Below, in pieces: positions 44,918 through 54,954 of a stretch of 61,242 bases of DNA. The DNA comes from Patescibacteria group bacterium (lineage in GTDB: Bacteria; Patescibacteriota; Minisyncoccia; UBA6257; GWB1-50-10). The position numbers and the translations under genes were made by a program. The stretch spans positions 1 through 61,242 of the forward strand of contig JASEIC010000002.1 in NCBI GenBank assembly GCA_030017555.1, given 5' to 3'. The notes beneath the pieces are model-generated. The model ran no database searches and was not told the DNA's origin. It saw only the letters and a program-made list of their open reading frames with translations. How positions within the stretch are numbered: position 1 is the first letter of the stretch; every line of letters begins with the position of its first letter.

Positions 44918-47900
44918 TTACGGAATAAGTTTTACTTCATCAACATAAAATGTTTTTTCTATGCCACTTCTTTCCTCTATTGATAAAGAGTTAAATGCCA
45001 AATTATTTGGATTCAACTGGCTCATTGGAATCTCAATTACAATCCATGTATTTGCTGGAATATTTTGTGTTCTTACTCTTGGGAATGTTCCACTTGCATC
45101 ATTTCTTAATCTTACATCCATTATTAGTCCAGAAGACTCGCCATATATAGCAAATTTAACTTTGCTATAAGTTGTCGAGGAAATTGCTGTAGGATTACGG
45201 AATGCTAATGCACCATATGCACCTTGTGTTACTTTAATTGATTTTGTTCCAGAATAAACTTGTTCTGAATTCGCGTAATCTCTAGTTGAAGTATAAGAAA
45301 AATCTACCCATGGATTAAGTAATGAATCTTCATAAATCTGGGTCTCTGTTATGGGAGATGTTGAATAAGTAACAGTAATGCTTTTTATTGTTGAAGGATT
45401 ATTGTTTGTATCAAATGCTTGAGCTTCTATTGTATTTGATCCTGAAATTAGTGTTAAAGGAATGCTCCAAGAATTTGTTCCTGTAGCAGTTTGCCATGCT
45501 CCATTATTTAATCTAACCTTAACACCCAAAACAGCAACATTATCTAAACTAGTTCCTTGTACATTAATATTAGAACTAGTAAATGTTGCACCATTACTTG
45601 GAAAACTAATTGTTACAATTGGAATTTGAGTATCTATAATAGTTATACATTGTCCATTAGCATCACAGATATATCCTGTACTACATTTTGAATTATCTTG
45701 ATTATAACTTGTACCTTGTGAATTACATACTAAACATGTTGTTCCAGGTTGTACAGAACCAGGAGTGCATATTGGGCTACCGCCTTTACTTGCCATATTT
45801 GTTGCATGTATTTTTAATAATGCGCTAAGTTGTATATCTCTTGTTGAACAAATATTTCCTGCTGATTCTGAACATTTTGTATCTCTAACAAACTGCCATA
45901 ATAAACCCCCACTAGTGTTTGTTTGTTCAATAGTGCCCCACCATGATTCATATCTTGCACGTTTATAAGAACTGTCTGCAACCCACCCATCATGCCATCC
46001 TGAACCATATTCTGCTACTATAAATGGTTTATTATATTGTGTAGCTATTTTTTTATGATCTGTAATATATGTACCCCCATCCCTTATCCAATAATAATAA
46101 TCATTAGATGTAGAGAATCCATATGCATCAGGGTATAGATGAGCTTGTGCAAAATCTATTTCTGGTATTTGTATATTCAATATATAACTTGTTCCTTCAC
46201 CAGACCTCATAAAAAAAGTATTACTATAACCACTCCTATTATATTGTGAACCTAAATTATCCTGATTTTCATCAAATCCATCTTCACCTGTAGTAATTAA
46301 ATGTTTATTATCTATGCTTTTTACATATTGTGCCATCTCCCTATACCAATCCCTAATTTGTATTCCAGAACCTGCATTAGCAGGATTTCTACCTTCATTA
46401 ATTAATTCCCACGCCATAATTGTAGGTTCATCTTTGTATGCTATTCCTGTTTGCGTGTTTACCCTATTAAGCAACATATTAACATAATCTTTATACATTT
46501 GTTTTGCTGTATTATTAGTATAGAACCATTGAGCTTGCGCACTTGTAGGATTTCCTCCGGTACCTACCCCAGCCCATACTGCATACTGGCATATTCCTCC
46601 AAGTTCATGCCAATAATTTGTGAATGTTACTATTAATTTAATATTTCTATCCTTAGCTTTCTTTATAACTCTATCCAAATATACTAATGATTGTTCATCA
46701 TAAACATTAGGGGCTGTTTGTATAATAGGATCATTAGACCAATAAGAACAATCTTTACCATCATAGAATCCCCACATTCTAACAACAGTAATGTTGTTTG
46801 CAACAAAAAAATCAAGTGTTAATGTAACACTATTCGGATTAAGTTTTTCATATACAGGAAGCCAATATGCATTAGATCCAGCAAAGTAAAATGGTTGACC
46901 ATTTAAAATAAAGTTTGTTCCAGAAACATTTATAAATCCTGTTATTGGACTTATGCTCACACTAAAAGATTTTATTCCTATTGTAGGGTCTGTCGCCAGA
47001 TTGCTGTTTGGAGCACCATCAACAGCTGTTGCATAATAAGTATGCGTTCCACTTGAATAAGTTGTAGCATCTGTTGTGCAAGTACATGAACTTGAAGTAC
47101 AAACAGGATTAAATATACATGTTTTAGATAAAATTCCATCAACATAAACTCTTATTTCTTTTATTCCAGAGTTACCAGTATTTACATCATTTGCACTCGC
47201 TGTTAGCGTAACTGCTTGTGTTGGATCTGGATTTGTTGGGGAATGAGTTACAGAGATTGTTGGAGCAGTTAGATCAGTTGTACTCAACACAAGATAATCC
47301 TCCACAGACCAACCGCTCGTTGGAGCAACATCATACGTCACCTGCCACCATGTGTATCCATCGGCTACGGTGGGGCCTCCTGCAATTGTTCCTTTAGCTC
47401 CTAAGATTTGAGTGCCTAATAACGTTCCGGAGATAGAGGGAGTACTACGAACATTTACGTTTGCGGTTGTTTGTACTCGATCCCCTGCTTTGAATTTGAC
47501 GCTTGTAGCAGATTGCGTTGTTCCAGAAACTGTAACAGATTTTGCGGATTCATTTCCTGCGGCGTCATACGCGGAGACTTGATATGAGTATGTGGTTGTG
47601 CCAGTTAGTCCTGTATTGGAGTATGTTGTTCCAACTGATGTGCCAACTTGAACTTCTCCTCTGAATATCTTGTATCCCGTGACTCCTACGTTATCCGTGG
47701 AAGCTGTCCATGAGAGATTGAGTTGGGCTTGAGAGATGGGAGTGACAGTGAGGTTCATGGGGACGGAGGGAGAGGTGATGTCGGGTGGAGAAATTATAGT
47801 GTTCGAAACTGTAATATTAACCGCAACAGATGTTGTCTGATTCCCAGCCGCATCTTTTGCGATCGCAATTAAAACATAAGAATTATTTGCGAAAGAAACA

Positions 47901-49762
47901 GTATTCCATGAAACAGAGTATGGAGAAGTTGTATCAATGCCGATCGATGTTGTTCCAATTTTAAACTCCACACTCGCGACTCCCACGTTGTCAGAGGCTG
48001 AAGCGGTAACGGTGACGGCGCTTGAAACTATGGCGTTGTTTGATGGTGAGGTGATCGAGACTATTGGAGCTACAGTATCAGAGATGCCGCCACTAGAAGA
48101 AATAATTACCATAACTGGCGTAGCAACACCAACATTCCCCGTCGCATCATAAGCTTTAGCGCTTAAAGTATATTGACCAGCAAAAAAACTCTTTGTATTC
48201 CACAAAATACTATAAGGAGCAGAAAAATCAGTACCAACAATTACATTATTTCTATAAAATTCAACTTTATAAACACGAACATTATCAGTCGCCGAAACAG
48301 AAATCGCCACGGTCCCGGAAACGTAACTATTATTCTGCGGAGAAATAAAAGAAACTAAAGGCGGTAAAATATCCGGTTTAACTAAATACTTCTCGGCTGA
48401 CCAACCAACAAGACCCAGTTCGTAACTAATCTTCCACCAATAATAATTATTGGCAAAAACAGGACCGCCGATAACTCTTCCTTTTGATCCTTTGAAAATC
48501 AAAGCTAGAGGTTTTGCGGAAGTTGACGGTTCTTCGCGAACATAAACGTTAGCCGTAGTTATAACTTGATCATTGATGGCGAACTTGACGCTTAATTCAT
48601 TATTTGTTATTATCGAAACTGGATTTGAAAAAGTTTGATTACCGACATTGTCTTTAGCTCGCGCTGTAATTTTATGAGATCCATTTAATACCGACCTGCT
48701 ATCCCAAACAACACCAAAGGGGGCATACCCGTCTTCATAACCAACGGGTTTATCATCAACAAAAAATTGCACTCCGCTTACTCTTATGTTATCCGAAGAG
48801 GTTGCCATCAAAGACGAAGTGCCGGAAATAATACTTCCGCTAAGGGGCGAAATTATTGAAACGCTGGGCGGAATTAAATCTGAAGGAACTTTTGTTGAAA
48901 AAGTAGCGTCCGATGACATAACCAAACCTCCGGTTTTTTCCTTAGATATTAAACGATAATGATAATTGGTATTGGGAATAAGATTACTGATTGTGATAAA
49001 ATGATTTGTTGTTAAAAAACTAACAAGCGGGGATAAATTTCCGTAATCTGAAGTTAACCCATACTCTACTTGCGCATCAGTCGGAATACTAGTCTGCCAC
49101 TCAAATCTCGCGGTATTAACTGTCGTTATTGCAACAATCGAAGAAATAACAAATGAACCAGCCGTCACTTTGGAAAAATACTTCTCGGCTGACCAACCAA
49201 CAAGACCCAGTTCGTAACTAATCTTCCACCAATAATAATTATTGGCAAAAACAGGACCGCCGATAACTCTTCCTTTTGATCCTTTGAAAATCAAAGCTAG
49301 AGGTTTTGCGGAAGTTGACGGTTCTTCGCGAACATAAACGTTAGCCGTAGTTATAACTTGATCATTGATGGCGAACTTGACGCTTGGAGTATTTTTTACA
49401 TCAACAACAATTGATGTTGAAATTGATTTATTACCCCGAGCATCTCTTGCTTCAGCAGTTAAAGTATGCAAACCGTTACTAATTCCTTGGCTGTACCAAA
49501 AAACTGAATAAGGAGCAATAAAATCTTCATAACCTATGAGATTGCCATCAATAAAAAAACGAACACCAACCACCCTCACATTGTCTGAAGCTTGAGCATT
49601 AATTTCGATTTTTTCAGAAACAACAGCATTGTTTAACGGGTTAGTAATAGAAACTTCCGGCGGAACATTATCAAGAGAAGAAGTCTGGGCTTTTGATAAA
49701 CTAACAAAAGAAAATGTGAGAGAAACAACTATTATTGAAAATAAAACAAATTTGATTCTCAT
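44918..49762 (-). CDS. giant secreted multidomain protein: signal peptide, Ig-like repeats, 3 SH3b-like domains, 2 FN3-like domains, GH5 (mannanase-like) glycoside hydrolase, Cys-rich linker, Ig-like domain, CBM-like end domain
   Basis: The signal peptide is MRIKFVLFSIIVVSLTFSFVSLSKAQ. Repeated ..SDNVRV.GV.F..DG..APY...W.. Ig-like units are present, as is the SH3b pattern NVYVREEPS..GWSAEKY. GH5 motifs are NAYW, VVRMWGF, AWELINEGRN (acid/base Glu) and FIVAEYG (nucleophile Glu), at roughly aa 945-1300 (nt ~45863-46930). Confidence 0.85.
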   Translation of the reverse strand: MRIKFVLFSIIVVSLTFSFVSLSKAQTSSLDNVPPEVSITNPLNNAVVSEKIEINAQASDNVRVVGVRFFIDGNLIGYEDFIAPYSVFWYSQGISNGLHTLTAEARDARGNKSISTSIVVDVKNTPSVKFAINDQVITTANVYVREEPSTSAKPLALIFKGSKGRVIGGPVFANNYYWWKISYELGLVGWSAEKYFSKVTAGSFVISSIVAITTVNTARFEWQTSIPTDAQVEYGLTSDYGNLSPLVSFLTTNHFITISNLIPNTNYHYRLISKEKTGGLVMSSDATFSTKVPSDLIPPSVSIISPLSGSIISGTSSLMATSSDNIRVSGVQFFVDDKPVGYEDGYAPFGVVWDSRSVLNGSHKITARAKDNVGNQTFSNPVSIITNNELSVKFAINDQVITTANVYVREEPSTSAKPLALIFKGSKGRVIGGPVFANNYYWWKISYELGLVGWSAEKYLVKPDILPPLVSFISPQNNSYVSGTVAISVSATDNVRVYKVEFYRNNVIVGTDFSAPYSILWNTKSFFAGQYTLSAKAYDATGNVGVATPVMVIISSSGGISDTVAPIVSITSPSNNAIVSSAVTVTASASDNVGVASVEFKIGTTSIGIDTTSPYSVSWNTVSFANNSYVLIAIAKDAAGNQTTSVAVNITVSNTIISPPDITSPSVPMNLTVTPISQAQLNLSWTASTDNVGVTGYKIFRGEVQVGTSVGTTYSNTGLTGTTTYSYQVSAYDAAGNESAKSVTVSGTTQSATSVKFKAGDRVQTTANVNVRSTPSISGTLLGTQILGAKGTIAGGPTVADGYTWWQVTYDVAPTSGWSVEDYLVLSTTDLTAPTISVTHSPTNPDPTQAVTLTASANDVNTGNSGIKEIRVYVDGILSKTCIFNPVCTSSSCTCTTDATTYSSGTHTYYATAVDGAPNSNLATDPTIGIKSFSVSISPITGFINVSGTNFILNGQPFYFAGSNAYWLPVYEKLNPNSVTLTLDFFVANNITVVRMWGFYDGKDCSYWSNDPIIQTAPNVYDEQSLVYLDRVIKKAKDRNIKLIVTFTNYWHELGGICQYAVWAGVGTGGNPTSAQAQWFYTNNTAKQMYKDYVNMLLNRVNTQTGIAYKDEPTIMAWELINEGRNPANAGSGIQIRDWYREMAQYVKSIDNKHLITTGEDGFDENQDNLGSQYNRSGYSNTFFMRSGEGTSYILNIQIPEIDFAQAHLYPDAYGFSTSNDYYYWIRDGGTYITDHKKIATQYNKPFIVAEYGSGWHDGWVADSSYKRARYESWWGTIEQTNTSGGLLWQFVRDTKCSESAGNICSTRDIQLSALLKIHATNMASKGGSPICTPGSVQPGTTCLVCNSQGTSYNQDNSKCSTGYICDANGQCITIIDTQIPIVTISFPSNGATFTSSNINVQGTSLDNVAVLGVKVRLNNGAWQTATGTNSWSIPLTLISGSNTIEAQAFDTNNNPSTIKSITVTYSTSPITETQIYEDSLLNPWVDFSYTSTRDYANSEQVYSGTKSIKVTQGAYGALAFRNPTAISSTTYSKVKFAIYGESSGLIMDVRLRNDASGTFPRVRTQNIPANTWIVIEIPMSQLNPNNLAFNSLSIEERSGIEKTFYVDEVKLIP
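48384..48593. repeat. intragenic direct repeat, copy 2 (SH3b-coding)
   Basis: It appears identical over about 210 nt to 49176-49385, with an offset of 792 nt (264 codons). Confidence 0.9.
49176..49385. repeat. intragenic direct repeat, copy 1 (SH3b-coding)
   Basis: See 48384-48593. Both copies encode SVKFAINDQVITTANVYVREEPSTSAKPLALIFKGSKGRVIGGPVFANNYYWWKISYELGLVGWSAEKY. Confidence 0.9.
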
Positions 49763-49766
49763 ATAT

Positions 49767-49802
49767 AAAAGTATAACATACTACAAAAGTATAACATACT
49801 AC
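49767..49802. repeat. 18-bp perfect tandem duplication directly upstream of the giant gene ATG
   Basis: aaaagtataacatactac x2. On the gene strand it reads gtagtatgttatactttt x2, and each unit contains TATACT. Confidence 0.9.
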
Positions 49803-49817
49803 AAAAATATGAGAAGT

Positions 49818-51077
49818 TTACTCAATTTCGGTTTTATTGATATATGCTTGCAAAATTTTAGGTATTTTAATAGTTCCTTTCTTGGTCTGGAAATTCTCAA
49901 TAATTGCCAAAATCGGCCGTTGCGAAAATGCGGTGCCGTTTAACATATGAACAAATTGAGCTTTTTGTTTTTTATCGTTTGACTTGAATTTTATATTCAA
50001 ACGCCTTGATTGATAATCGGTTGTATTGGAAGTAGAGTGGGTTTCTCGATATTGATTCTCCCCCGGAAACCACGCTTCAATATCGTACTTGGCGGCCGCA
50101 ACGTTACCCAAATCGCCAGTACAGATTTTCAAAACGCGGTAAGGTAATTTTAAAAGCTGCATTAATTTTTCTTCCATTGACAACAAAAAATCATGCTCCT
50201 CGCGCGACTTATCGGGATGGCAAAAACTAAACATTTCAACTTTATCAAATTGATGAACGCGAAGAATGCCCTTAGTGTCCTTGCCGTAAGAACCAGCCTC
50301 TCGCCTAAAACAAGTTGAAAAAGAAACATATCGTTTGGGCAATTCTTCTTCATTAAAAACTTCATTGGCATGCATCGGACCGATTGATTGTTCGGAGGTG
50401 CCAACCAAATATAACTTATCTTTGTCCAAAAAATAAGTTTCGTCTTGATCTTCTCGCCGATCAATAAAACCCATACTCCGCATCATATTGTCTTTTATCA
50501 TTACCGGTGGAATCACCGGAATAAAGCCTTCCGGCATCACAACATCTAAGGCGAATTTGATTAAAGCGAATTCCAAAAGCGCGGCGCCGCCTTTTAAATA
50601 ACCGAAACGGCTGCCACTTACCTTAGCCGCGCGACTAACATCAATAATATTGAGCGCTTCACTTAAGGCTAGGTAGTCTTTCGGCTGAAAATCAAATTTC
50701 GGTTTTTCGCCAACCTCGCGTATAACTACATTTTCGCTTTCATCCCTTCCAATCGGCACATCATCAAACGCTGGGTTGGGCAAACGATAAAGAATTTCAT
50801 TGCGCTTTATTTCAATGTCATTTCTTTCTTTAAAAACTTCTTGCACTCTTTTTTTTAAAACTTGAGCGCGACTTAACAGCTCTTCGCTTTTATTAGAAGC
50901 CAATTCTTTGCTTAAAAGATTTTGCTCGGCATTTAATTGATCCAAGGCAGCGGTTTTAGCGCGCCATTCATTATCTAGTTTTAAAAACTTATCAATCAAT
51001 TTCGGATCGCAATTTTTTTTCTTAATCGCTTCTTTTACCTTATCCGAATTTTGACGAATTAAATTTATATCTATCAT
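49818..51077 (-). CDS. serS: seryl-tRNA synthetase
   Basis: It has an N-terminal coiled-coil arm and class II core motifs (FRREAG.., GTAFSQRPILAIIEN). Confidence 0.93.
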   Translation of the reverse strand: MIDINLIRQNSDKVKEAIKKKNCDPKLIDKFLKLDNEWRAKTAALDQLNAEQNLLSKELASNKSEELLSRAQVLKKRVQEVFKERNDIEIKRNEILYRLPNPAFDDVPIGRDESENVVIREVGEKPKFDFQPKDYLALSEALNIIDVSRAAKVSGSRFGYLKGGAALLEFALIKFALDVVMPEGFIPVIPPVMIKDNMMRSMGFIDRREDQDETYFLDKDKLYLVGTSEQSIGPMHANEVFNEEELPKRYVSFSTCFRREAGSYGKDTKGILRVHQFDKVEMFSFCHPDKSREEHDFLLSMEEKLMQLLKLPYRVLKICTGDLGNVAAAKYDIEAWFPGENQYRETHSTSNTTDYQSRRLNIKFKSNDKKQKAQFVHMLNGTAFSQRPILAIIENFQTKKGTIKIPKILQAYINKTEIE

Positions 51078-51092
51078 AGTTTTATAATTTAG

Positions 51093-52541
51093 TTATTTGT
51101 CAAACTTTTTCATTAACGGATAAAGAGATGTTTCTCTTATCGGCTTATCTGTAAGAACAGCGAAAAGCCGTTCGGACATGCCAAAACCGGCCGCCGGAGG
51201 CATGCCATATTCCAGCGCTTCCAAAAAATCCTCATCAAGGCGTTGAGCTTCTTTATCGCCTTGTTCACGAAGCTTCATTTGTTCTTCAAAACGTTTTCGT
51301 TGATCAATTGGGTTATTAACTTCTGCCCAGCCATTGCCAAGCTCACTGCCGCCAGCGAGTATTTGAAAACGAAGGACTTTCTTGGGATTTTTAGGATCAG
51401 CTTTTGCCAGCGGAGAAATTTCAATTGGGTGACCAACCAAAAAACACGGATTTTTAAAATTAGGACGAACAAGTTTTTTATAAATAAGGTCAATAAGACG
51501 TCCTCGGCCAAAACCAGATTCGGGGCTTAATCCCAGTTTTTTAGCTTTTTCTCCAAGTTCTTCTGTTTTCACAATATTTAAATCTATGCCGGTTTCTTTT
51601 TTAAATATCGCATGATAGTCAATTTTTGGCCACTTTTTTCCCCAATCAATGCTATTTCCTTGAATAGAAAGATTAAATTTGCCAAAAGTTTTTTTAATCG
51701 CGGTTTTATACATTTTTTCAGCGAATTCCATCATATCTTCATGATTAGCATAAGCCCAATAACATTCCATTTGGGTATAGTCCTGCAAATGCTCCCGATC
51801 AATCCCTTCGTTTCTGAAAATCCTTCCAATTTCAAAAACCTTTTCAAAACCGCCGACCAAAAGCTTCTTGAGCGGAAGTTCTAAAGAAATCCTTAAATAA
51901 AAATCCTGATCCAAAGCATTATGATGCGTAACAAAAGGTTCGGCATCGGCGCCGCCGGGCACTAATTCAAAAACCGGTGTTTCGACCTCAAGAAATCCCG
52001 CCTTTTTCAAAAAATTTCTTATTGTATCCCAAAAAATACTTTTCTTAATAAACAAATCGCGTACTTCTCTGTTGGTTAACAAATCAAGGTAACGTTTTCT
52101 GAGCCGAGTTTCAATGTCTTCCAAACCATACCAGCTTTGCGGAGTTGGACGCAAACTTTTTGCCAATAATCTGATTTTTGTCGCTAAAAGACTTAACTCT
52201 CCCCGTTTTGTTTCGTACATCGAACCGCAAACCTCAACAAAATCTCCAATATCAAAAGTTTCTTTCACTAAATCAAATTGATCTAAATGCTTTTGATCTA
52301 AAACCAGCTGAAATCTGCCGCTTTCATCTTCTGTGTCAACAAAAATAATTTTACCCTGATCGCGCCAAGCTCTTATCCGACCAATAAGGAAAATCGGTTT
52401 TTTGGAACGTTTAAGTTTGGCAAAAAAATCTTTTGCTTCTTTTAAAGCTAAATCACGCTTTGAATCTGCAGGATAAGGATCAAAAAAACTTTGATATTTA
52501 TTCAATTTTCGCTCCCGATCTTTTATTAAATCCTCTAACAT
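51093..52541 (-). CDS. lysS: lysyl-tRNA synthetase, class II
   Basis: It has an OB anticodon domain and class II core (FRNEGID.., GGSELGNGW, PPAAGFGMSERL). I chose the start at MLEDLIKDR; the ORF track extends to 52568. Confidence 0.92.
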   Translation of the reverse strand: MLEDLIKDRERKLNKYQSFFDPYPADSKRDLALKEAKDFFAKLKRSKKPIFLIGRIRAWRDQGKIIFVDTEDESGRFQLVLDQKHLDQFDLVKETFDIGDFVEVCGSMYETKRGELSLLATKIRLLAKSLRPTPQSWYGLEDIETRLRKRYLDLLTNREVRDLFIKKSIFWDTIRNFLKKAGFLEVETPVFELVPGGADAEPFVTHHNALDQDFYLRISLELPLKKLLVGGFEKVFEIGRIFRNEGIDREHLQDYTQMECYWAYANHEDMMEFAEKMYKTAIKKTFGKFNLSIQGNSIDWGKKWPKIDYHAIFKKETGIDLNIVKTEELGEKAKKLGLSPESGFGRGRLIDLIYKKLVRPNFKNPCFLVGHPIEISPLAKADPKNPKKVLRFQILAGGSELGNGWAEVNNPIDQRKRFEEQMKLREQGDKEAQRLDEDFLEALEYGMPPAAGFGMSERLFAVLTDKPIRETSLYPLMKKFDK

Positions 52542-52617
52542 AAAATAAAAAACGCTTGTAATATACATTTTTAATATTAATACAAGCTTAATTAATAAGC
52601 CAGTCTTAAGAGGAAAA

Positions 52618-53076
52618 TTAATCTATACTTAAAATTTCGTAAACAACATTACCTTTTAGGGTCTCCAAACTAACCTTATCGCCTACTTTCTTTTTAAGAA
52701 GAAGACTGCCGAGTGGCGACTCGTTTGAAATAAAACCATCGCTTGGTCTTGCTTCATTAGATCCGACAATTGAATAATTTAAAACTTCATTACTTTTTTT
52801 AACCTTCACCCTAGAACCAACCTTAATAATTGGACTGCCTTCTGCTTTCTTTATAATATTTGAATGTCTTAGCAATTCTTCAAGTTCGGCAATTTTTTGT
52901 TCAAGACGCGATTTTTCCTCTTTGGCTCCCTGATAATCAAAATTTTCCGACAAATCACCAAATTCCTTAGCGTGCTTTAAACGTTCGGCTATTTGTTTTC
53001 GTCCATTTATTTTCATTTCTTTTAGTTCGAGTACTAATTCGTTATATCGTTCTTGAGTTAAATAAACTTTTTCCAT
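52618..53076 (-). CDS. greA: transcription elongation factor GreA
   Basis: It has a coiled-coil N-terminal domain (..FGDLSENFDYQGAKEE..) and a C-terminal globular domain (SNESPLGSLLLKKKVGD). Confidence 0.92.
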   Translation of the reverse strand: MEKVYLTQERYNELVLELKEMKINGRKQIAERLKHAKEFGDLSENFDYQGAKEEKSRLEQKIAELEELLRHSNIIKKAEGSPIIKVGSRVKVKKSNEVLNYSIVGSNEARPSDGFISNESPLGSLLLKKKVGDKVSLETLKGNVVYEILSID

Positions 53077-53079
53077 AAT

Positions 53080-54954
53080 TTATTTTTTAAATTTAAGACG
53101 GTTGTTATAATACCACATAAAAACATCGCGAGCTACAGGCACGGTATTTAAACTCCCCTCGCGAGAATTTTCAATTAAAACGAGAATTGCAATCTCCGGA
53201 TTTTCATAAGGCGCATAACCAACGAAAAAAGCATTGGTTTTTTCATTATTTTGAATCTGAGTCGTACCGGTTTTAGCCGCAACTGCTACTGGTAAATCGT
53301 TAAGCAAGTGCGCCGTTCCATATGCCTCGAAAACAGCATCGCGCATACCGCGCTGAACCTCGCCAAGTTTATCAACTAATATTCCGCTCAAATCAGACAA
53401 AACAACCGGCTTATTCCAAAGTTCGCTTTCTTTATTATCGGCATCCAAAATTGACCGGACAATTCGAAGTTGGTACAATTTTCCTCCATTTGCAATCGCG
53501 CTAATATAATTTAAAAGTTCAATCGGAGTAATTAATAAGTCTCCCTGACCAATAGATACGTTATAAGTGTCTCCGATCCGCCAAGGCTCTTTTGTTAAAG
53601 TTTTTTTCCACTCCGGGTCGGGTAAAAATCCGGTTTCTTCACCCGGTAAATCAATGCCGGTTTTTTTATTCAAACCAAATTTTTGCCACCAATCCTTTAA
53701 TCCCGAAATCCCCAATCCTTTTTGATCTTTAAAACCGCCGCCGATTTCATAAAAATAAACGTTGCTGGATTTGGCGAGAGCTGAACGAACATCAACCCAG
53801 CCATGCGGCTTCCAATCAAGAAAACGACTGGGCTGATCCGGATTATATGGATTTGGTATTTCAATAAAACCAGCGGAAAAAATTTGTTTTTTTGGATCAA
53901 TAATACCGTCAACTAAAGCTCCAGCCGCAACCAATGGCTTGATTGTAGAACCGGGATTATAAAGTCCATTGACCGCTCGATTAAAAAGCGGTTTATTTGG
54001 ATTATTTAAAAACTGATAAATCTTTAACGAATCAAAACTCGGAATACCGATCAGAGCCAAAACCTCACCGTTTTGAGGATTAAAAGCCAAACCAACGCCA
54101 ATATCTCTTCCTAAAGAATTTAACGTCTCTTTGAAGCTTTTATAAAAATATTCCTGCAATTCGGCATCAATAAAAGTTTCAAGTCCTCTGCCTTCTTTAG
54201 ACAATCTTGCCTGTCTTTCTTCTTTTACGCGGCCCTTGGCGTCACGAAAAGAAATTTCTTCTCCGTTTTCGCCGCGCAAATAATTATCATAATAACTCTC
54301 CAAACCAGATCTACCAACCACATCGGCAATAGTCAAATTAGAATTTTTACTAATATCTTCATCATTAACAAGACCGGTATAACCGATAAGATGGGAAAAA
54401 ACAAAAGGTTTGGCATGAAATCGTTTAAAAGACTCTTCAATACTGAGACCAGGAGTCTTTTTTGAAGAAAGAAAGACAAGCTGATCTTGAGTAAGATCAT
54501 CGGTTAAAAATAATTTATCGCTCAAACTCCAGTCTTTTTGCGCTAACTTAGTGTTTATAATCGCTTCATCAATTTCAAGAATTTCAGTTATTTCCTTTAT
54601 GGCGGCGCGCCGCCCCTCAAAATCGTTTGGCAACTCGCGAGGAACTAAAAAAACATTAAACGCCGGCTCATTACTAACCAAAGAATTCCCAAATCGATCA
54701 AAAATAACACCTCGGGGCGCAGGTTGAACTTTAATATAAGTCATATTACTAAAAGCTCGTTTTTGAAAAAATTTATGCTGACCAATTCCCAAATTACCGA
54801 ATTGAATTAAAATAACAGCTACTAATATTAAAAAAAGATAAAACAAAACCCTAAAAACCTTGTCAACTAAAGGCACTTCTAAAAAATCTTCTTCAATAAC
54901 TTGATCAGTCAAAATATCCTCTAAATCAAGTCCTTTTTTCATAAATAATCGCAA
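53080..54954 (-). CDS. mrdA: elongation-type penicillin-binding protein 2
   Basis: It has SxxK (GSTIKPL), SxN (SSN) and KTGT motifs and is adjacent to mreBCD. Confidence 0.88.
   Translation of the reverse strand: MRLFMKKGLDLEDILTDQVIEEDFLEVPLVDKVFRVLFYLFLILVAVILIQFGNLGIGQHKFFQKRAFSNMTYIKVQPAPRGVIFDRFGNSLVSNEPAFNVFLVPRELPNDFEGRRAAIKEITEILEIDEAIINTKLAQKDWSLSDKLFLTDDLTQDQLVFLSSKKTPGLSIEESFKRFHAKPFVFSHLIGYTGLVNDEDISKNSNLTIADVVGRSGLESYYDNYLRGENGEEISFRDAKGRVKEERQARLSKEGRGLETFIDAELQEYFYKSFKETLNSLGRDIGVGLAFNPQNGEVLALIGIPSFDSLKIYQFLNNPNKPLFNRAVNGLYNPGSTIKPLVAAGALVDGIIDPKKQIFSAGFIEIPNPYNPDQPSRFLDWKPHGWVDVRSALAKSSNVYFYEIGGGFKDQKGLGISGLKDWWQKFGLNKKTGIDLPGEETGFLPDPEWKKTLTKEPWRIGDTYNVSIGQGDLLITPIELLNYISAIANGGKLYQLRIVRSILDADNKESELWNKPVVLSDLSGILVDKLGEVQRGMRDAVFEAYGTAHLLNDLPVAVAAKTGTTQIQNNEKTNAFFVGYAPYENPEIAILVLIENSREGSLNTVPVARDVFMWYYNNRLKFKK

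Noticed and set aside
48384-49385. Diversity-generating retroelement template/variable repeat pair
   Set aside because: The two copies look identical rather than differing at adenines. Both are internal coding repeats of the same gene, and no reverse transcriptase is in the window.
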